64,000 bases of DNA from Acanthaster planci (lineage: Eukaryota): contig NW_019091355.1 in assembly GCF_001949145.1 (NCBI RefSeq), positions 2,710,646 through 2,774,645 of the forward strand, written 5' to 3'. The notes beneath the pieces are model-generated. The model saw only the letters and a program-made list of their open reading frames with translations. It did no database searches and was not told where the DNA came from. The position numbers and the translations under genes are program-made. Positions within the stretch are counted from its first letter, which is position 1. Every line of letters begins with the position of its first letter. Positions 39,017 to 49,000 of this stretch are shown one piece after another.

Positions 39017-39030
39017 GTTACCATGGTAAC
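39017..39030. promoter_or_regulatory. Perfect palindromic RFX X-box-like motif
   Basis: GTTACCATGGTAAC matches the GTTRCCATGGYAAC consensus; function unproven. Confidence 0.35.
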
Positions 39031-40194
39031 AAATTGGAGCCGAGATTATATTGGAGACAAAGGATCCCCAACATCAGTTCAATCCTGCGGTAATGACATT
39101 TAAACCGGAGTTGCATCAACGCATGGTGGAGTGCCATGTACATGTACATATACATGTAATGTACATGTACACGTAGTTCAGTGTTCAAGTGCATTATCGT
39201 GGAGGTCATGATCGAATGCTTTCTGGTCAGCCTTTTCCATGTAAATCTACAATTAGTTTTCACTCAAAATGACTGCATGCGAATTAAAGTACGGACCTGA
39301 AATGTGTGTGTATACGTGTGCATAGTTATGTGCTCAAAGTGTAACCATGGAGGAAGAAAAACACATTTTCTCATCAAAGTTCGATCACCAGTTTTTTCTT
39401 TTGTCGCATGAATTATTAAGCAAATCACTCAGTACCATTTCTCAATATTGTTACATGTAACAAATGTTTCACATAAAACTTGTCCCACCATTAATGAGCG
39501 TGGTTTTTCGAAACATTTCGTCATCTATAGTCACGTTCAAGCGTTCCGATAATATCCGGATTGGACCCCGATCCAACTCCTGTGTTCGCTTGGTGTCGGT
39601 CCCCTTCGATCCACCTTGTTGGATCGGATGTAAACGCGGTGCAAATATTCCGGTTGACGGCAACTTAACCCACCTTGTTTTGTTTTGAAACGAAAACAAA
39701 CATGAACAGTCTTCCTGTGAGGAATCTCCACTGGATTTACGCTGAGAGAATTAGTTTTACATTTCCTGAGTTCTTAAAATTATATACATTTGTGAAATTA
39801 GCAACACTGTGCCAGAAAAAAAAAATCCCATAAATTTGCGGAAAATTACCTATTGATTAACTCAATGCCCTTGAAAGATTAAATTTCTAGACTTTTAATT
39901 TACATGTACCAAGAAAACGCAATCTCATACGACTAAAACGGGCCTTTCTGAGTTTTGCTCCATATTAATGAAACTTTTACACGCACTTCCCGCCGGATAC
40001 AGTGTCCAACTGCTTTGCCCTTGTTTGGCCTAAACATGAAATGTGAATCTGATTTTTTTTAAAGAAAATGTCGAGAAACTACAGTTTGGTAAAAAATTAA
40101 TTCCAGTGAATCAGGCCAAAGTGGAGCCACAGACACCCCCCTCCCCAAAAGACACGCATATCTATTGAATTTTTGCCCCATTGGAGCATGAAGT

Positions 40195-41627
40195 TCATGG
40201 CAACACGTAAGAAAATTTTTCAGGTCGGTGTGGTAACCACTTCTTTATCTTAGGGATGTTCTCAACTCGAGACACAAGTGCTCTTAGTTTGGGCAGATTC
40301 TGCAGAGCTGTGTGGTTTTTCTTCAGAACTAACTCGTGTGCTGCATAGAAGTCAAGATCGGCCATTGTCATCTAGACAATAAAAAAAATCATAAAGGATA
40401 TCTCTTAGTTACGAGAGGGAAATTCAATGGAAAACTTTAATACTGTTGCAGGGAAAACTGAATGTCACGAATTGAATTATCCTGAGTACATGTATTTTAA
40501 AGGGGAACCTGCTAAATTAGTTGGAGTATAAGTTTTCAAATGAATCCGCACTGGTAAGTGTACAGGATGCATAACTTGCACATCCCCAGAGCTTTACAAA
40601 TTCACCATGTTAAAAACTGTATTTGTATTTGACTTACGGATTCGCCAACAAAGAACCCATCTCCTCCGTTGTTCTTGATGAGAAGCTCTTCCAACCAACC
40701 AAGAAATTTGAGGCTGTCCTTCTCAAAGAAGGACTTGGTTAAGTCTTCCTTTATAAAAATAAATATTAAGAACTAAAGCTTGTCATAATAAAGTGAGCAA
40801 AACAAGGAAGCCTGTTTCATTGAGCAAGATTTTTTCCATGGTAGTTGCGTTCATTAAGAAGAAGTCAGATGGTCTGATACTAAGCAATAAGTCATTTAAG
40901 TGTTTGAAAACTGTTAGGAATATATGTATTTCTATTTTATTCTATATTTCAGAATGGCACAACGATTGCCGTGCACGTGTCGAATTACCTTCGCTTCTTC
41001 ATTTTTCTGTATGTATGCCGCGAAATAGGAATGCTGTAAGTCTTGAAGGATCTCCATGACAACGTCAATCTGAGCCTGCTCTTGGCTGGACTTGCCGTAT
41101 AAACCTTCAAACAACAAACAGTTCGTGATCTCCAGATGTTTCAAAACACTGCCAATTTTAGAAGAAAGAGTTGAAACAACAAGACCATGTACCTTAAAAT
41201 TCGTTGAAGGGGGTTGTACAAAAAAGGATTTAAGATAAAAAGCGTGGGGACTGATATGGACATCTTATGTCATTGCATTACCTGTTTCCCTGGCAACATA
41301 ATTAGCTATGGCTCTTGCCTCTGGGAGGACGATGCCATCAAATTCTAGAAGTGGAAGTCTTCCAAATGGTGTACCTGTATGCATACCGAGTGTAAAGTTT
41401 AAACCAGGCGCTTGAGGCAATACATTTTGACATGCAATTGGGCAGGGTGCTGTGCAGAAATCAAAAGCCCAAATTCTGTAGCTAAACTTACTTTGTTTCA
41501 TTGCGGACCAGTCTTCGATTGCTATTCGAACATCTTCAAATTCAATCCCACTTGCTGCAAATAGCAGTCGGATAACCTCAGCCCTACCTCGAAAGTCAAA
41601 ATAGGTTAGCTTGAATCTGGGTGCCAT
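40195..41627 (-). CDS. Glutathione S-transferase, sigma class (HPGDS/S-crystallin-like); 5 exons, 210 aa
   Basis: Minus-strand exons 41627-41492, 41374-41282, 41104-40989, 40748-40638 and 40371-40195; GT-AG, phases consistent, total 633 nt. MAPRFKLTYFDFRGRAEVIRLLF..EFEDVRI, TPFGRLPLLEFDG, GLYGKS..EQAQIDVV, NNGGDGFFVGESMTMADL, PKIKKWLPHRP. Confidence 0.93.
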
Positions 41628-43066
41628 GGAGTATCGGTCAGAAATGCTTGTACATTTGCTCTTTTCAAAGGCCTGCTGAGTTTTTGGAGTTCACGTTTGG
41701 TTCAAAGGTTTATGTACTCAACACTTCAAAAATTCAAACCGAAACGTGAGATAAGCTGATCAAACGGGGCATGAGGTTCCTTTCTAGTAATTGACACGGT
41801 GGTTCATCTTGAATAAATTCATTATCACATACTTGTATAAAAATTATCACCTCCTAGCTTTTTCAAGGCAGAAACTCGTTGCAGGAAATGAAAACTTCAA
41901 GTTTGACATTACGTTTCATAACTGATGAGTGACGGCTGAAAATCGCAAACACGGCGTCTGAATTGATGACATTTAAACTCTTGGTTCTTAAATAAGCCAA
42001 TGAAATTTAGAGTCAATAATTACGATTTATAGATAAATTTGGTAAATCCAAGGCCATTTTACCATTTTAGTTACTTTGATTTTAAGAATTGATATGTAAA
42101 TTGAGGATTCGATCGGAAAAGATTCGACGGCAAGATTGAGTTTTTATTACAGGATTTAATTTCAAGATTTGAGTTTCAGATGTGATGAAGCAATTTTATC
42201 ATTTTGGTTTAAAAGTCTGAATTTTCAGTCTAAAAACAGAATAGGCAATTAAATTATGTTTTTCATTAGCATCAATTTACATGTATGTTGTTTTGTCACC
42301 TCTTGTCATTTTATTTTTAGCTTGTAACATAGTTTACTCCTTGGAAAATAGGCCATGAATAGACGGGATCCATATGTACTCCGGTTTTGTTTTTTATTTA
42401 AGATATCTGAGTCAGTGCCTTCAATTGCTGTGTGTAATTTGAAGCTGTGTACTGGTGTATTTTTGGTAAGACGTGGGAGGCGAGTCGTGCTGTAATGATT
42501 TTTGCAGACTTTATTACGCAGGAATCATGGTGCACCTGTACATGTACATACATGTAGTGCCTACGTAAAAATTAATTACACCCGTAAAAGCATGATGACG
42601 TCAATCGTGGGTATCATCCATTCAGAATTAGGTGAATTGGCGTTGCACAGTGCTTTCAAAAGTAGACATTATCTCACAACTCGACATAACAAAATTTAAT
42701 TTTTACTATATATATAACAATGAAAACTGCATACATTTCTGTTGTGTTATAAAGTTTACGACTATTCAATTCAAAGCAAATGAAAGTAATTAAATTCAGT
42801 AATTGCTCTCCCTCATACAAATTTGGATTTGTCCAAAAGGCCATCTTGGATTTTTGGTTACGAACTAGACTGTACAGTTGTGTACTCGACTCGGATACTA
42901 ACGTTGCCGTACCGCGATTACAGTTAGGTGGTAGGTGATGGAAACATATGTTTAAGATTTGACCGTCTGAACAACATTAAATCGCAGTTGAAATCTGACA
43001 GTTAATCGGTAGTCCCGCTGTTCGGCCCCCTCTTTTCTTTCTTTCCCCCTGTTTCTGTCCTTCGAG

Positions 43067-46000
43067 ATGAAATCCCTGCTGACATTTCTCGTCCTTCTCG
43101 GTGTTGTCTTCGGAGCCGATGACATCTTCCCGGATGATGCTTATGTGTTTCAACATCACACGCAGAAGGAGTTGAAGCAAGTTTTGGATGATACTCACGA
43201 GGAATGCCCCGACATAACCAGGGTGTACAGTGCTGGCAAAAGTGTAGATGGAGCTGAGTTATGGGTGATTGAAATAACCGACTATCCTGGAGAACATGAG
43301 ATTGGTAAGTGACTTTGAAAATTAAGTAGTAGGACCTAGGGCCTACTCTTGCTATATATACTAGGCTAGTGCTGGGTAGCCGGTAGCCTTACATGTACGT
43401 TCGTGGGAGCGGGGCGGACGTCGGACCCCACAGTTCTGGGAGTCGGGATATTGTAATGATATGACTAGATACAGTGTAGTTAAGGCTTCAAGCAGTCATG
43501 AAGTAAAGCTTACAGAAATCACTTATTTTCGCTTGCAGTGTCAGTGGTTTATAACTTAGCCAACAGAAACTGACAGCAATAATCAAGTCAACATTAGTTG
43601 GGAAAATATTGCAGCATTTCTTCAGAAAACAGAATTTTTCAGACCAGTCTTAATCATAGGGTTCGGGTCTACAGAGGTGGCAGTAAAAAATATGAATATT
43701 GCGTCCTGACTCCACTGCAGCAGGTTTGTAAGAAGCCTTTGAAGTGTCAAGAAAATTTTCCAAGTAGGCCTAAGCCTATTTTCTAATGAAACCAAATTCC
43801 AAATTTGTGCCAAATTCATGTATTTTCAACATTTCTGGGGAAGAGTTCCAAATAAGCCTTATTGCAAATACTGCATGGGTGATTTTGCGTAATGGTAGAA
43901 AGGCATTGTGGGAAGGAAAAAGGGATAATTTTGTGCCTTTCTACCATTGTGCAAAATCACCCATGCAGTATTTGCGATAAGGCTTATACATACACCAGTA
44001 ATTATTCCCTACAGTGACCTTCAGAAAACAAAAACATATCCAGAAAAATACTAAGTCGTTTACTGAGAAAGAACTTTTTATATACCGGTCTCATATGGTT
44101 TGTGCATGGTGTGTCAAGTGGCATCCGTATAACTCTCCCATTTCTGCATTGACTGACTTTTACTAGGTTAATGCATGGACTGTGGCTGGTTTTCGCAGTA
44201 GGCATGAACTGCAAAACTTGGGATCCGGTGAACACAGTCACGGATTTAACTGCTTTGCAGCTTTGTTCTTTAACATCAGTCTAGTGAGCAGTTGCATATA
44301 CACCATGCAGTCCATGCATTTTATAGTAAAACTAACCCCCATAGGGTGTATGTAAAATCATTTTGAAATGGGAGGATTTGGGACTTTTAAGATTCTACCC
44401 ATCAATGGCTATTTTCTCCAACTTCTGTAAGGAAAAGCATTGATCAGAAATGTAATTGTTAAAGCACCTGAAAGAGTTGTCAGATACATGTAGATGAGTA
44501 GAGTTGCACAATCATGTTCTTGGATTTTTATGTTCCCATGTAAAATTCCAAATTAAGGACCCTTTGATAATGAATGTTCATGTTTTATTTCCAAGGTGAA
44601 CCTGAATTCAAATACATTGGCAACATGCACGGTAATGAAGTGGTGGGCCGCGAGATACTGCTGGTTCTCATCCCTTATCTCTGCAAGATGTACAATTATG
44701 GAGATCCTGAAACCAGGCAGCTGGTCGACAACACCAGGATCCACATTATGCCATCCATGAATCCGGATGGGTATGCTAAGGCTTACCAGAAGGTCAGTTG
44801 TACAGTGGGTTGTTCCATCGTTGTGGTTAACATGCACAAAATAAGTCTTAATCCTAAAAGGTTTTTCAACCATCCCATAGGCAGGGAGTGGGGGGTGTCT
44901 AAGAACTATATAAATGTGAAGTTTTAACTCGCGCTATGTACCCGTAACAAGTGTCATCACTCAAGTAGTGTCAACAAAGCATCAACAATTTGAAAATACC
45001 TCTGAAGATTTCAAAGTGGTTTTTATCCCATTTGAAACACTCAAACATCTGCCAACGTAAGAAAAATAGCAAATATGCTTCCAGATTCTCACAGGAAACA
45101 GTTTTTGCGAGGTATTAGGGCCACCGTCTTTCTTTTCTCTGCCGTCTATACGAAAATAAGATGTCGCTTGTTGACACTAAATAGTTTGACCGGTTTCAAC
45201 TGAATCCAACATATGGTTATGTTGCTACGGTTATTTGAAGTTCAAGGATACACTCATGCCAGCCGGTGTGCTTGAGCACGGCAGTGGAAAAAGTATGTAT
45301 TTCTGGCTGACCTGTCTTGGAAAAATGGGTACTGCACGAGAACTTATTTTCACAAAAGTGGTGTCAAAATGACTGCAAAGAGTTTCTGAAAAACTCCTAA
45401 AGTTCGGCACCACAAAAAAAAAGCACCACAGCAATCGCGGAAACAATGTTGAGAAGGCGCAGGTGAACCACTTGTTGCCGGGTTGTTTGAAAAATGCAGT
45501 GCTTATAATCGGGACTTTTTCAAGATTTTCAGTTTTCAAAATTCTTCAAAAATTCATCATTTATTATTGTCTGGTGGCCACTTTAGTCTGAGAGACAAAA
45601 TCTATTGATGCCTGAGAATTTCAGCCTGGCCTGCAGCCCAGATTGTGCAGTGTTATATAACTTTCTTTTGTTCACGAACCTGGCTCAGTGCGCTGCTGAC
45701 CTCTTTTCAATAGGGGCCAGGTTAGCATGCAGCTGTACTGCGTGGCTCATCGCTGCGTTGGTGGAGCGCTTTTGTCCCCGATGGTAACCTGCCCAATGCC
45801 CAAACTGTTGTATACTGTTGGATTTTCTCCATTGTTGAGAGTGAAAAAATGTCGGTAATGCCCAGCAGCCTGGTCTTTTGTTCCAAGAATGGTCTTTTGT
45901 TACAAGGCCCAGTTCCTCTTGTTCGATTTCAGAGACCCCGGCCACGCATATCAGCACATGGTGCTTGAAACTGGGCTCTCCGGCAGGAAGTAGTTAAGGC

Positions 46001-49000
46001 CGTTTGTCGTTATTTTTCTTCTACATGTAGTTTACATTAGACAGTGCAAACTAAGATGCTTTTTTGATGTGTCACTATCAGTCTGTTTGAAATCCTGACT
46101 TAAATGAACATTATGCGAGTATGACACCGACGGTTCCCAGTGACATACATGTACATTGCACAAGATTTTTTAAAGGCTGGTAACTTGAAAGTGGCCCTGA
46201 TGACTTGGGGCTTGTTTTGTTGGGGGGGGTTGAAGGTTCACAGGGGAGAGGCATCCAAATTGTAAAAAGGCATCATAATACAGATTTGCATGTTGAAAGG
46301 AGCATCGAAAGTTTGTGTTTAGAGTTTTTATGGGTTTTTTTCATAAATTTGTCAGATATACCAATTTTCAGTAGACTTTACATTTGTATAAAGCATGTTC
46401 AATATTGAAGGCTTATTATCAATCTCAGTCATTGCCTCAAAATTAAACAGTGATGTTCAAAAATAATACTTTTTGTAAAGCATTCAACTGTTTTTCTATT
46501 TTTTTTTCCTAGGTTGTTGTGGAAGATGATCCGGATTGGCTGACCGGTCGTGCCAATGCTCATGACATCGACCTGAACCGTAATTTCCCCGATTTGATCA
46601 AATACCTGTACCACAACACCAAAAACCACGATTTCTCACGGATCTTTGGCAAGAACAACCACATCGCAGCAGTCATGGAAGATATCCAACACGAGGTACG
46701 TAGATTAGATATGGTCGCTTCAAAACGCCTGTTGGGTATGGCGTGGTATTGGTCGCAGACAAGGTCATGTTGGAAGATATCCACCATGAGGTACGTAGAT
46801 TAGATATGGTCGCTTCAGAAAGCCTGTCGGGTATGGCGTGGTGTTGGTCGCAGACAAGGTCATGTTTTCAGTAAGACTTACAGCAGCATCCAACCAATAG
46901 GTTTGTGTGTTTTTTCACACATGTATTGGAGTTTCATGTTTCTTAGGAACTTACAAGTGTGGTTAAGGCCTGTTTGTTCCATCTGGATTTTCATCAGTGG
47001 TCCCGACTCTGGTTCCCTCCATCCTTTATGCAGTTTCTGGTGCCAGTGAACCAATGACAGATTACCGATCGTGATTCCGATCTATGCGAAACAAACACGC
47101 CTTTCCTTTACCATGTCAGCTGTGTGCTGAGAGAATCGTAGTCGCGAGATTTGACCAGGAGTGAGATTTGTCCGGATTTTTTTCATCTGGATTTTCCAGA
47201 TGTGGGAGGTTTTGTACAGTTTCGTTTCAAACCTGGAATTTACCATTAGGGTGTTTTTATATTTTATAAGTTTCTATTTAGGAACACAAGAAAGTGGGTA
47301 TTTGAAGAGTGGTGACTTGCGTAGGCAAACATGAAGTCTTTTTTACTGTAGTCCCATTACTACTCAAGGGCCCTCGAGACCTCAGGTGATTATTTTGTGG
47401 ATATTTCATTTCCAATTTCACCCCTGATTTGACATGTATACCATGTGGCATTTGTTTCTATCAATACCCTGGCTTTTTTTTCCCTTCCAGCTCGAACCAG
47501 AGACTGTTGCAGTCATGGAGTGGCTTCAGGAGTATTCTTTTGTGTTATCAGCCAACCTCCACGGTGGGGATCTTGTAGCCAACTACCCGTTTGATTCCAG
47601 CTTCAACGGCAGCACACAGTACCAAGGTGAGTAGATGGCGTAACCAGATGGGACTCCCTGCTGACCCTAACCCTCTCGTCGGGTCTCTCCCTGGCCAGCA
47701 AACGCAAGAGAATGCGACACAGCTGGAATAAGAACCATGCTAAATGGAGCACATTGCAACAGTGGATTTTGGTCTCGGGGAAACGTTAGCCTTGGCAATA
47801 TCAAATGTCCCAGTGTTCCTTGCCACTTTTGTCGACCACTAAACGCAACAACTTGATTACAAGCGCTGTTGTGTTAGCAGGTTTAGGGCTAAAGTTCAAA
47901 TCATTCACACAGCATTCTGTGATTTCCAACTTGTTACAAATCATCGCATATCTGACGAACCAATGAATCACTGTTTTCGAGAAAAAGACATTTTCAGTAG
48001 TTTAATGTTGCGTGCTCATTTTTGATATTTAATTCAACCCTCTTTTGAACTCTGTGTATAAAAGATACAAAATTGGTCTTTGAAATCATTTCCTACTTTG
48101 TATTTTTGGTTCTATGAGCAATACTTTGTTCGAATACTGCTGTCAAAGCTATTCATCAGTTGGTGAGATAAAATCAGGAAATCACCAGAATCTGAGAATG
48201 GTCGATTCGCCGGTTTGTCAGATGTGCGACGAAATGTTCCCTTATCGCTCCCTTATCACCACCTTGAAATGCTCTTTCGTGTATAAACAAAGATAAGAAA
48301 GTTGGCAAACTTCTGAAATCAGTTGGCTGTCAGTTCAGTTGTACTTGGTAAAAACTGCTTCAACTTCTCGTCAGATAATTGGCTACATTTTTATCATATT
48401 CAGGTGTTGACAGATGGTGACATGCATTCACTGTGACAGGAATGGTACTGTCTGGGCTAAACGTGAAAACCAAATAAGGTTCTATTGACACTAGAACAGA
48501 GGATTTTGTTTACTCATCCATAGTTAACTTTAAACTACCCTTTTGTCTGGAATTGCAGCTGTACTTTGAACCTGCTGTTTGTCTTTGCCGTTTGTCCTCC
48601 CTTTTAGCTTGTCCTGATGATGAAATGTTTGTCAAGCTTGCCTCTACCTACTCAGAGGCTCATGGTAAGATGTCGGACGAAAACAGGAAGTCGTGCGATG
48701 GCAAGGGCGGCCCAACATTTGATGATGGAATTACCAACGGCGCTGCATGGTACCCGCTCAATGGAGGTACGCTAACTCACAGAGATTCAGCTGATATCTT
48801 GATAGCTTTTAAGCACAGTTGAACTTTTGTTTGCATTTTGATTAACTCCAATCATCCTCCATCCTTCAAAATCCTCCTGGCGCTTTTGGAGGATTGAGGC
48901 TGCATGGCAAAATTGCATTACTGATTGGGAAGGCTGCATTGTCACAAGGTTGTGGGTTATGTTCAGCCATGCATGAATTCATTCCTCCATCATATGTAAA

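Noticed and set aside
47345..47375. 7SL/Alu-like CTGTAGTCCCA fragment
   Set aside because: The match is only about 11 nt and the rest of the SRP RNA is absent.
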